Shown here: positions 1 through 8,750 of the stretch, in pieces
How the letters are laid out: every line of letters begins with the position of its first letter
How positions within the stretch are numbered: the first letter of the stretch is position 1
Assembly: GCA_030425645.1 (NCBI GenBank)
Contig: JAUHZK010000007.1
Span: 91,116 to 155,115, forward strand
Direction of reading: 5' to 3'
DNA: 64,000 nt
From: Gammaproteobacteria bacterium
Lineage (GTDB): Bacteria; Pseudomonadota; Gammaproteobacteria; JAPPPA01
Notes under the pieces: model-generated
What the model saw: the letters and a program-made list of their open reading frames with translations, nothing else
The model's database searches: none
What the model was told of the DNA's origin: nothing
Position numbers and translations under genes: made by a program

Positions 1-1
1 C

Positions 2-733
2 GACCAGTGGATTACCACACCGCTAGCGAGCATGGACTGCGGCTTTGCCGGCATAGAACAACGTGGCGATGTGCTTTACGCCAATGGCTGCAACCAGTTA
101 TTTGCTGGCGAACTAAGCGACACTCCAGTGATGGAACCGATCCATAGCTACAGCGGCTTCCAACTCGCCAATGGCTTAACCGCAGACGCCGATGGCAAGC
201 TCTACGCGGTAAATGGCCCCATCTCTACCAGCGGTTTGGTTGACGCCAAAATAGCCCGTATCACGCTCAATCCCAATAATCCGTTTGAGGTCATCGAAGA
301 AATCACTTGGGCCGCCGACGGACTCGAATTCCCCAATGGCATCGACTACTTTGACGGCACTATGTACGTCACCGATTCCAGCGTGTCACAAGTGCAACTA
401 GGTTCGGTAAAAACCATCCCCATCAATAGCGATGGTAGTGCTGGCACCGTCGCCACTTTAAGCACTTGGCCGGGCATATTGGACGATTTAACCGTAGTAG
501 ATGGCAGCTATATTCTAGTGGCCGATTACGGTAGCGGCATGATTGGCCAAATAGATCTCAACGGCGACATCCTACAAGCCACGTTGCCGCTCACCTTTCA
601 AAATGCCAGCGCCGTGCTACCGGGTGAACCACCCATGTTTAGCCGTGAAGAAATCTTAGTGACAGAAAAAGGCCTGCTGGGCGACACTGTGTCTCCGATT
701 GGCAATCAGCTATCAGTTTTCCGCCCTAACTAG
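2..733 (+). CDS. SMP-30/gluconolactonase-like beta-propeller protein (5'-truncated by window edge)
   Basis: Frame is open from position 2. Repeated blade motifs (LANGLTADADGKLY, FPNGIDYFDGTMYVTDS, LDDLTV...ILVADY). Confidence 0.6.
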   Translation, partial: DQWITTPLASMDCGFAGIEQRGDVLYANGCNQLFAGELSDTPVMEPIHSYSGFQLANGLTADADGKLYAVNGPISTSGLVDAKIARITLNPNNPFEVIEEITWAADGLEFPNGIDYFDGTMYVTDSSVSQVQLGSVKTIPINSDGSAGTVATLSTWPGILDDLTVVDGSYILVADYGSGMIGQIDLNGDILQATLPLTFQNASAVLPGEPPMFSREEILVTEKGLLGDTVSPIGNQLSVFRPN

Positions 734-2423
734 ACTTAGCAAACTCATCAAGCAAGTCTGCTAGCGCCATTGGTTTAGCTAAGCAAAAACCCTGCAGCTC
801 ATCGCAACCAAGCGACTTGACCACGTCGAGCTGCTGGGTGGTTTCCACGCCTTCACACACCACCTGCATACCTAAATCGTGACACATGCTAATGGTGGTT
901 CTAACCACGTGGCGATAACGCTCATCGTGATCGATCTTGGCAATAAAACTGCGATCCAGCTTGACCTTATCAATCGGCAGCTGCGCCAAATAATTCAGCG
1001 ACGAGTAGCCAGTGCCGAAATCATCCAACACGATCACAAAGCCAGCCTGTCGAAGCTGATGCAATACAGCGATGGTGTTCTCAATATTTCCAAACACCAC
1101 CGTCTCTGTTATTTCTAGATGCACTAGCTCAGGTGGCAGCTGATATTTTTTCACCACTGCCAACACCTGCTCTACAAACCCGGCGGCCGACAACTGCGCC
1201 GGACTGACATTGATCGCAACGAACTGTGAAGCTGACTGTTGCTTAGCTGCCAGCGCACGACGCCATTTAACAAAGTCACGACAAGCCAACTCCAAGGCCA
1301 ACTGTCCTAGGGCGTGAATACATTCAGCACGCTCCGCTACTGCAATAAACTCAGCTGGTCGCACTAACACACCGTCGTGCTGCCAACGCAACAGCGCTTC
1401 AACGCCCAGCAACTGTCCGGAAACTGAGAATTGCGGCTGGTAATGCATCAAAAATTCGCGTGCAGCCAAACCCTCGTCAATATCTCGCAGCAGCGCCATT
1501 TCCGCATCAGCCACGTAATGCGCCTCGGGGTCGTAGAGGGTTACCGCGCCTCGACCCGATATTTTCGACTGATACATTGCCAAGTCTGCACAACGCAGAC
1601 AGGTCTCTACGTCGTCATTCGGTTGCGCAATATAAACCCCAGCACTAGCGCCCAAGTTAATCGGCCGCGAAGCCACAATTAGCGGCTGCCGTATTAACTC
1701 AACCAACTTACCTGCCACAAGCCGTGATTCGTTTTCTAGGGCGGCATGCTCCGGCCCCTGCCAGAGCAAAAGAAACTCATCTCCACCCAAACGAGCTACT
1801 AACCAGTTGTCCGGAACCTTCAGCTGTAAACGCTGGCTAAGCGCCATTAACACCTGGTCACCAAATGCGTGGCCATAAAGATCATTCACATCTTTAAAGC
1901 CATCTAGATCAATGTAAATCACACTCGCGCCGGCGCCCGTTTTTAAGGCGCAAGAAAGCTCCTGCTCAACCGCACGGCGGTTTGCCAACCCGGTTAGGGC
2001 ATCATGCGTGGCCTCGAAATTGAGTCGTGCTTCTGCAGTTTTACGCTCGGTGATATCGCTGTAGGTCCCCATCACGCCGACAACCTCACCATCGGCATTA
2101 CGCAATGGAACCTTGTTGGTGACCAGCCAGTGCTGTTCGCCATCCCCCTGCGTCTGCGGCTCTTCAATATTCAGCTTCGACTCACCAGAGCTCATCACCT
2201 CCTGATCATCCTGACGAAAAGCCTCGGCTTGCTCGGGCGTCCACGCCAATTCGAAATCTGTCTTGCCTATTAGCTCGTCGACGTGACTCAGGCCAGCATC
2301 TTGAACAAAGGCCGCATTGCCGCCCAGATATACAGAATCGCGGTCTTTATAGAATATTCGCAAGGGTAGGCAATCAACGACCTGCTGAAAAAGCGCTAAC
2401 GGCGGTAAGTTGTTATCAACCAC
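726..2423 (-). CDS. PAS-GGDEF-EAL c-di-GMP cyclase/phosphodiesterase
   Basis: N-terminal PAS/PAC (KDRDSVYLGGN...DITERK), HDALTGLANR, intact GGDEF, EALLRW and DDFGTGYSSL motifs. Confidence 0.95.
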   Translation of the reverse strand: MVDNNLPPLALFQQVVDCLPLRIFYKDRDSVYLGGNAAFVQDAGLSHVDELIGKTDFELAWTPEQAEAFRQDDQEVMSSGESKLNIEEPQTQGDGEQHWLVTNKVPLRNADGEVVGVMGTYSDITERKTAEARLNFEATHDALTGLANRRAVEQELSCALKTGAGASVIYIDLDGFKDVNDLYGHAFGDQVLMALSQRLQLKVPDNWLVARLGGDEFLLLWQGPEHAALENESRLVAGKLVELIRQPLIVASRPINLGASAGVYIAQPNDDVETCLRCADLAMYQSKISGRGAVTLYDPEAHYVADAEMALLRDIDEGLAAREFLMHYQPQFSVSGQLLGVEALLRWQHDGVLVRPAEFIAVAERAECIHALGQLALELACRDFVKWRRALAAKQQSASQFVAINVSPAQLSAAGFVEQVLAVVKKYQLPPELVHLEITETVVFGNIENTIAVLHQLRQAGFVIVLDDFGTGYSSLNYLAQLPIDKVKLDRSFIAKIDHDERYRHVVRTTISMCHDLGMQVVCEGVETTQQLDVVKSLGCDELQGFCLAKPMALADLLDEFAKSS

Positions 2424-2466
2424 TCGAGCCTACCAAGCAACACGAATTAGAAAACAATATAGCAAA

Positions 2467-3447
2467 TTAACGCGCAGGGCCGCCCACCAGAGCGGCCGCA
2501 TCCGCTAGCACCTGGCTACCGGCATCGGCTTTCCAGGCGTTTTCAGACAGAAACCGTTTGAAAGCTTTGGCACCATTCTGGGCTTGGAACAGCCCCATCA
2601 TATGGCGGGTACTGTAAAAAAGACGCTGGCCAGCGGCTAGCTCGGCATCAATGAAAGGCAACATTTTGGCAACGGCGTCCTGCCGGCTTTGCAGCGGATC
2701 TGCTTGCCCAAAATAACGGCTATCGACTTCCGCCATTAGCCACGGGTTGTGATACGCCTCTCGCCCTAGCATGACGCCGTCAACATGCTGCAAATGCAGC
2801 TCACATTCTTGATGCGTTTTAATGCCGCCGTTAATAATAATGTTGAGCTGCGGCAACTCACGTTTTAAGCGATACACATACTCGTATTTTAACGGCGGCA
2901 CTTCGCGGTTTTGCTTAGGCGAAAGCCCACCTAATACCGCCTTACGCGCATGCACAATAAACGTATCACAACCGCTTTCAGCCACGGTAACAACAAAATT
3001 AAGCATATCTTCATAGCGATCAGCATCATCAATCCCGATACGATGTTTAACCGTAACCGGTATCGCCACGGCGTCTTGCATTGCCTTAATGCAATCCCTA
3101 ACCAACTCAGGCTGCGCCATTAGGCAAGCACCAAACTGGCCGTTTTGGACCCGGTCGCTGGGACAGCCACAGTTCAAGTTAACTTCGTCATAACCCCACT
3201 GCTCGGCTAATTTTGTCGCCTTGGCTAAATCCGCTGGATCGCTGCCACCCAACTGCAGCGCTAACGGATGCTCAGCATCATCAAAACGCAGATGGCGTTC
3301 AACGTCGCCAAACAGCAAGGCGCCGGTGGTTACCATTTCGGTGTACAGCAGCGCCTGCTGCGTCAACTGGCGATGGAAGTAACGGCACTCGCGTGTCGTC
3401 CAATCCATCATCGGTGCGACAGAAAATCGGTGGTAAGCAGCAGCCAT
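2467..3447 (-). CDS. dusA: tRNA dihydrouridine(20/20a) synthase
   Basis: FSVAPMMDWT, EVNLNCGCPSDRVQNG, HARKA..GLSPKQNREVPPL are DusA signatures. Confidence 0.95.
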   Translation of the reverse strand: MAAAYHRFSVAPMMDWTTRECRYFHRQLTQQALLYTEMVTTGALLFGDVERHLRFDDAEHPLALQLGGSDPADLAKATKLAEQWGYDEVNLNCGCPSDRVQNGQFGACLMAQPELVRDCIKAMQDAVAIPVTVKHRIGIDDADRYEDMLNFVVTVAESGCDTFIVHARKAVLGGLSPKQNREVPPLKYEYVYRLKRELPQLNIIINGGIKTHQECELHLQHVDGVMLGREAYHNPWLMAEVDSRYFGQADPLQSRQDAVAKMLPFIDAELAAGQRLFYSTRHMMGLFQAQNGAKAFKRFLSENAWKADAGSQVLADAAALVGGPAR

Positions 3448-3459
3448 AACGCGTTACAT

Positions 3460-3492
3460 AAAAAAAGGGGCGCTATTGTAGCGCCCCTTTTT
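3460..3492. terminator. Bidirectional intrinsic terminator
   Basis: AAAAAAGGGGCGCTA-TTG-TAGCGCCCCTTTTT hairpin flanked by A and T tracts, just after the 3509 stop. Confidence 0.8.
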
Positions 3493-3508
3493 ACAACTAG
3501 CCTTAATT

Positions 3509-4534
3509 CTAGAAGGCGTACTGATAACCAATTGTTGCTGTGCTATCCACTTCCAACTGAGGGCCGTTCAGGTTTTGCTGAACTGGAACGCCGTATTCCA
3601 GCGCCAAACGATGACCGCCACTAGACAGCCAGTTAACGCCCAAGTGTAAATCGGTGCGACGACCGGCGCGACGCTCTGGATCAGCCGTTGGCACCATCAT
3701 TGGGTTAACCGAAGGCGCCGGATCCGCACCTTCGATATTCTGCCAAGACTGCCATTGCAAACGGCTAGACACACTAATCGCACTGCTTAGATTCCAAGCT
3801 ACCCAGCTTTGCACATCAAGCGCATTGCCTAGGCGGTAATCACGGTCGTTATCGCCACCAAGACGAATAGTTGCGGTGGTTTGTGCGCCCCAAGACCAAC
3901 CTTGGTTGAGTTTGCTCCAAGTAATGGCCGGACGTAGGTCATAAGTACCAGAACCCAACTGCATTGGGTAAGGCAAGATCACTTCGTTACCCATCGACGC
4001 TGGCGTCTGGTCTTTTTCTTCAATCGAACCCGTCGGCAAGCTCAGCGCCATAGTGGCGTGCATCTTGCCTCCTTGGTAATCATATAGTGGCAACAAAGCC
4101 GCTACGCGAATATCGCCTAGACCTTCAGTTTTAGTTATGAAGCGACCACCCGACGCCGTTTCATGGTCCATTTCGGTTTCTAGGTAAGGCACCATCAACA
4201 TCAATGTGACCTTGTCACTAGGGGCATACATCGCGCCAAACATATGCATTTGCATATCCATTTTCAGTGGCGCCACCATGTAACCCATCGGGCCTGGGCC
4301 AGCGGCTAGGGTTTCCGCAGTAGACAAGCGGCGATCGCCGTCGCGGTTGCCTTCCATTGCCATATGCATGTAGCGGTAGGAGAACATCCATTCGCCCTCT
4401 TTGTGCATGTGGTCCGCCATTACGCCAATCGGCGCATGACTATCAGCACGTGCGGCATGATTTTCGTGGGCGTTAAGTACAGAACAGGTAAAAGAGGCAG
4501 CGCAAGCGCCAGCCAAAACAAAAGCATTTTTCAT
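3509..4534 (-). CDS. Met/His-rich outer-membrane beta-barrel 'transporter' family protein, probable metal uptake
   Basis: Signal peptide, HAPIGVMADHMH and MSYRYMHM-like N-terminus, LPYPMQLGSGT motif, C-terminal YQYAF barrel signal. Confidence 0.7.
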   Translation of the reverse strand: MKNAFVLAGACAASFTCSVLNAHENHAARADSHAPIGVMADHMHKEGEWMFSYRYMHMAMEGNRDGDRRLSTAETLAAGPGPMGYMVAPLKMDMQMHMFGAMYAPSDKVTLMLMVPYLETEMDHETASGGRFITKTEGLGDIRVAALLPLYDYQGGKMHATMALSLPTGSIEEKDQTPASMGNEVILPYPMQLGSGTYDLRPAITWSKLNQGWSWGAQTTATIRLGGDNDRDYRLGNALDVQSWVAWNLSSAISVSSRLQWQSWQNIEGADPAPSVNPMMVPTADPERRAGRRTDLHLGVNWLSSGGHRLALEYGVPVQQNLNGPQLEVDSTATIGYQYAF

Positions 4535-4607
4535 TGGTTTTAATCTTCAAATAATCAAGCACAAGCCACGGACTTGTCCGCAGCCATTAAATATAAGTAA
4601 GCGTTGA

Positions 4608-5027
4608 TTATTGAGGTGGTGCGCGCGCTGAGTAGCGGCTAAAAAAAGCGCTTTGTGGCTCTACCGCTTGTAGAGCCAGTTGTTCGCGAAACAGCTCAAA
4701 CTTAGGCTCTTCAAGCTCAGCTGCATTAGCAATGGCGAATAAGCCGGCCGCGCAAAGCTCACAGTCGTTGCCGTCGGCCATCGCGCTGGCCGGCAATAGC
4801 TGCTGCAGCAACTCCGCCGGCAAATCCATAGCCCGTAGCTGCTGCGACAACTGCGGCGACATTTGGCCACAGTAATAGGGGCTAGACACATCCGCAGAGC
4901 GCATCGCCGCCTGTGCCGCCATTGGCAGCAAGGCTTGAAATAAAGCGGCGCATAACAACAGCAAGCGCAATGCGCGGCCGCCCAAAAGGCTGCGTGCATG
5001 GCCACGTTGGCGGAATGAATTCAGCAT
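4608..5027 (-). CDS. DUF2946-family (CruR/CutF-like) leader protein with CxxC and C-terminal RAPP arrest motif
   Basis: Hydrophobic signal-like N-terminus, DCELC, ends YSARAPPQ-stop, 73 bp upstream of the metal-type OMP gene. Confidence 0.75.
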   Translation of the reverse strand: MLNSFRQRGHARSLLGGRALRLLLLCAALFQALLPMAAQAAMRSADVSSPYYCGQMSPQLSQQLRAMDLPAELLQQLLPASAMADGNDCELCAAGLFAIANAAELEEPKFELFREQLALQAVEPQSAFFSRYSARAPPQ

Positions 5028-5031
5028 GTGC

Positions 5032-6435
5032 CTATTTTAACAGGGGCGCACAATGCTCCGCTACAAAGGCTTGCAAACGCTGCCACTGTTTTTCAGTCAC
5101 CCGCGTTTTGGCAATGACTTCGGTCGGCACCTGCTGACGGTCAAACCACAGCTTGCCGCTAGGTAACTGCGCCGAAGCACTGGCCAACCAAACCATAGTG
5201 TCGGCACCCATTTGGCTATCGCGTAGGCGTTTTTGCATTTTCTTATTAAAGCCAGGCAAGGACTTTTCCACGCCCGGGGTAGCAGCCCAGCCCGGATGCA
5301 TAGCGCTGATGCACAAGTCGGAGCGCTGCTCGGCCCAATGCTGGGTATAGGCCATTAGCGCCCGTTTGGCGCGGGCGTAGGATTTGCTGCCATCGTACTT
5401 TTCGTTTTCAAACTGCCAGTCACTTGGCTTTAAAGCTTGCAAATACATGCCACCGCTGACCACGTTGATCACGCGTGCGCCGTCGGTCAGCCTCGGCAAC
5501 AACGCTTCGGTTAGCAGATAAGGTGCCATAAAATTCACCGCAAAACCGAGCTCGCAACCATCCGCCGTAGTTTCGCGCTTGGCGAACAAGGCACCGGCAT
5601 TGTTGATCACCACGTCAATTGACGGCCACTGTTCGGCAATGTTTTCCGCCACCACGTTAATACTAGGCAACTCTAATAAGTCAGCCTGATAACAATGCAG
5701 CCGACTTCCATCCACTCCGGCAAAATCTTGGATGCTTTGCTTAGCCGCTGCCAGCTTTCCTTGGCCACGCCCCAGCAACAGCAAGGTCGCGCCTAAACGC
5801 GCCATTTCACATGCGGCTGCCAAACCCAAACCCGCTGTAGGACCGGTAATTAACACCACTTTGCCGTCCATGCGCTCACTTAAACCGCGATTGGGCATAT
5901 TCCAATAACCACGCTCAGTAAACGACCATGCCGCTGGCAAAATGGCGCGGTAGTTAAACCGCTGTTTGACCGATAGCGGCTGGGGAGCGGCGGGAGTCAG
6001 TGCCGTCGCCATGCCATCCACAGCTTTTTTGCCGACACCATTCAGCCACGGTTGCAAAGCGGATTCCATCCGCGCAACGCCGCCTGAAAAGGTTAAGTCG
6101 GCTTTGTAATGAATCTCGGTTTGGTCGTCGCCACGCGCCGCCAAACTAATCACGTCGTAGGCACCAAAACTGCTGCCTTCGCCACTGAGTACAATCTGTG
6201 CTTTGCCGTTCGCGGGCGGCTCTAAAGCCTCGGTCACATAACGCATGGGTACGCGGCGTCCGGCACTATTCAACATCAAATCGTATTCGGTACCAACCGC
6301 GGGCCCACCAGCGGTGAACTTATTGGCGCGGTATACGCCCGGATCCCACTGCTGGATGGTGGAAAAGTCGGCAAGGTAGCGATAGACGTCTTCTAAGCTG
6401 CGTGGCACCACGCGCTTTTCTTCTAGAGTAACCAT
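5032..6435 (-). CDS. SRPBCC (START-like) domain fused to DHRS12-like short-chain dehydrogenase
   Basis: N-terminal VYRYLADFSTIQQWDPG (SRPBCC). SDR motifs TGPTAGLG, NNAG, YARAK, HPGWAATPG. Confidence 0.8.
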   Translation of the reverse strand: MVTLEEKRVVPRSLEDVYRYLADFSTIQQWDPGVYRANKFTAGGPAVGTEYDLMLNSAGRRVPMRYVTEALEPPANGKAQIVLSGEGSSFGAYDVISLAARGDDQTEIHYKADLTFSGGVARMESALQPWLNGVGKKAVDGMATALTPAAPQPLSVKQRFNYRAILPAAWSFTERGYWNMPNRGLSERMDGKVVLITGPTAGLGLAAACEMARLGATLLLLGRGQGKLAAAKQSIQDFAGVDGSRLHCYQADLLELPSINVVAENIAEQWPSIDVVINNAGALFAKRETTADGCELGFAVNFMAPYLLTEALLPRLTDGARVINVVSGGMYLQALKPSDWQFENEKYDGSKSYARAKRALMAYTQHWAEQRSDLCISAMHPGWAATPGVEKSLPGFNKKMQKRLRDSQMGADTMVWLASASAQLPSGKLWFDRQQVPTEVIAKTRVTEKQWQRLQAFVAEHCAPLLK

Positions 6436-6535
6436 GAAGTCTTTCTCGAGTTAAATGCTATTAAATATAGTCAATGTACAATATAATGACGGCATTATAC
6501 TTATACAATTCCATTACAACATAAAAATTTTTAGA
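6436..6535. promoter_or_regulatory. AT-rich divergent promoter region with TGTACA/TATACA boxes (putative MerR/LitR operator)
   Basis: TGTACA 6475-6480, TATACA 6502-6507, ATTACA 6513-6518 (last two 11 bp apart), between divergent genes. Confidence 0.45.
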
Positions 6536-7486
6536 ATGAGCCAGAATAACTTATACAAAATAGGAGCCGTATCACGGCTCACCGGCATCCCCACCGTGAC
6601 CATTCGCATGTGGGAACGCCGCTACCAACTAGTGGAGCCACAACGCACCGAAGCCGGCGGACGACTTTACTCGCAAGAGGACTTGCACCGGCTAGGACTA
6701 GTCAAGCAAGCCGTAGACGCTGGCAATGCGATTTCTACCGTCGCTACCCTAAGCAACCAAGAACTGCAAGAACGCCTGGCTAATAGCAGCTTTACGCCAC
6801 AAACCTCGGATCAACCGATTCGTGTGACGGTTGTCGGTGAATTTCTTAGCCGCCGCTTACAGTCTGATGACCAAGCCGATGAACTATTGAACATAGTCCA
6901 GCATTGCGATCGCATTGATGAAGTGCAACAGCAAGAGAGCGGTGTCGACGTTGTCATTTTTGAATGTGACTACCTCAGCAGCGAAGTTGGCCAGCAACTG
7001 CAGCAAGCCCGCCAAGCCAGCAACGCCCGCACCGCTGTTGTAGTGTATAGCTTTGGCTCAAAACAGGCCTTAGAGCAAATCGAAAACCTTGTAGCGTACG
7101 CGATCAAGGGGCCACTCAATCGCCAACAGCTAGCGCGTGCCTGTGTCGCCGCCGTTGGCTTGCCCAACTTAGCCGACATTGAAGCACCAGAAGAGCTACA
7201 ACAGCTTCTCTATCAACCGATTCCGTCGCGTCGCTTCAGCCCAACTCGCTTGGCCGAATTAGCCGAAGCAACCGATGTGGTGAAGTGCGAATGCCCACAG
7301 CACCTCGCTGAATTAATCAAAAGCTTGCACGCTTTCGAACAGTATTCTGCGCACTGCGAAAACCAAAGCAAACAAGATGCCGCCATGCACATGCTGCTGC
7401 ATGTCACCACCGCCAAAGCAAGGCGCCTGATGGAAGACGCCCTCAATCATTTGGTGGAATACGAAGGCACCACAGAAGCCGGTTAG
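6536..7486 (+). CDS. MerR-family transcriptional regulator (LitR/CarH-like DNA-binding domain, CECPxH C-terminal domain)
   Basis: YKIGAVSRLTGIPTVTIRMWERRY...RTEAGGRLYS HTH. Start moved to ATG 6536. Confidence 0.85.
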   Translation: MSQNNLYKIGAVSRLTGIPTVTIRMWERRYQLVEPQRTEAGGRLYSQEDLHRLGLVKQAVDAGNAISTVATLSNQELQERLANSSFTPQTSDQPIRVTVVGEFLSRRLQSDDQADELLNIVQHCDRIDEVQQQESGVDVVIFECDYLSSEVGQQLQQARQASNARTAVVVYSFGSKQALEQIENLVAYAIKGPLNRQQLARACVAAVGLPNLADIEAPEELQQLLYQPIPSRRFSPTRLAELAEATDVVKCECPQHLAELIKSLHAFEQYSAHCENQSKQDAAMHMLLHVTTAKARRLMEDALNHLVEYEGTTEAG

Positions 7487-7492
7487 CGCCAC

Positions 7493-8560
7493 ATGCAGCA
7501 GTCCAGCGTAATCATTATTGGCACCGGGGTCGCAGGCCTCGCCGCAGCAGCTACGCTGGCCTATGCCAACTGGCAAGTTACTCTTCTAGACAAAGCCCGC
7601 AGCGCGGGTGGCCGCTGCGCCACCCGCCGCACCACCAAAGCAGCTGACAGCCCATGGTTTGATTTTGGCGCGCAGTACTTTACCGCTCGCCATACCGACT
7701 TTATTGACCATACCCAACAGGCACTGCAAGCAGGACAATTACAGCATTGGCGACCTGATATTGGCTGCTGGCAAAATGGCAAAGTTCAGGCCTCGCACGA
7801 TGAACAAGTTCGCCTCGTGGCAACGGCTGGACTGTCAAGCTGGCTGAAGCATCAAGCCGCCAGCTTAGCGTCGCAAGCCAACGTAGCGCTGCATTTTCAG
7901 CAACAGGTTTCCCAGCCGACTTACCAAGCCAATAAAAAACGCTGGTCCGTAACTACTCAGCAAGGTCAAAACTTTACTGCTGACTACCTAATCGTGACCG
8001 CACCACCGGAGCAAAGCTCCGTACTTTGCTCAGAGGCCGCAGCTGAACTTAGCAACCGAATCCAAGCATTCAAAAGTGCTGCCTGCTGGTCAGTAGTGAT
8101 GCGCACCACAGTTATGCTGCCCTACCAGGCACTATTCTTCAAAGACCACCCTATTCTCAATTGGGCCGCTAATAACGCATCAAAGCATCCACCACAAAAA
8201 GCACCCAAAAACGCCGAGCTAGGTTTATGGACGTTACACGCCAACCCAGCATGGTCAGCGCAGCACGTCGATAGCGACCCCACCGCCGTTGCTCAGCAAT
8301 TGATCAACGACTTTATCGCCTGCTTTCCTGAATCCAATTCAAGCAATCAAAGCATCCAAAATCCGCCGGAGGCCGTACATACCCATAGATGGTTGTACGC
8401 GCGACCGGCTGATGACTTGAGCACCACGACTGAAAACGCCGCCCCGTTTATCTACCAGCAGCAACAACAAATTGGGCTTGCTGGCGACTGGCTAGCGGGC
8501 GGGCGCGTTGAAGGCGCTTGGGTTTCGGGCAACGCATTAGCCAAGCAACTACTGGCTTAG
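7493..8560 (+). CDS. Renalase-like NAD/FAD-dependent oxidoreductase
   Basis: GTGVAG Rossmann motif, DKARSAGGRCATRR, FDFGAQYFT, HRWLYA, GDWLAGGRVEGAWVSG. Confidence 0.9.
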   Translation: MQQSSVIIIGTGVAGLAAAATLAYANWQVTLLDKARSAGGRCATRRTTKAADSPWFDFGAQYFTARHTDFIDHTQQALQAGQLQHWRPDIGCWQNGKVQASHDEQVRLVATAGLSSWLKHQAASLASQANVALHFQQQVSQPTYQANKKRWSVTTQQGQNFTADYLIVTAPPEQSSVLCSEAAAELSNRIQAFKSAACWSVVMRTTVMLPYQALFFKDHPILNWAANNASKHPPQKAPKNAELGLWTLHANPAWSAQHVDSDPTAVAQQLINDFIACFPESNSSNQSIQNPPEAVHTHRWLYARPADDLSTTTENAAPFIYQQQQQIGLAGDWLAGGRVEGAWVSGNALAKQLLA

Positions 8561-8640
8561 CTCGGGGCGATTAGGCGCGACGCCCTTTTCAAACAGCTTT
8601 GGTACAGCTAGAAATATAAAAATCTTCGGCATTTTCACAA

Positions 8641-8750
8641 AATGTATAACTTTTGTTTGATTTTTATATTTTAATAGCGCTACAATCATCGTATTGTTAT
8701 ACAAAACACAGTTTTGTTACTTACATTCCAAATACAAAGTAAGACAAACG
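8641..8750 (+). promoter_or_regulatory. Promoter region with ~11-bp phased TGT/ACA repeats (putative MerR/LitR operator)
   Basis: TGTATA 8643, TGTTTG 8654, TATACA 8698, and ACA cores at 8723, 8734 and 8744. Confidence 0.45.

Noticed and set aside
2467-3447. dusA-associated integrative island
   Set aside because: dusA is a known hotspot, but there is no integrase or duplicated dusA fragment nearby.
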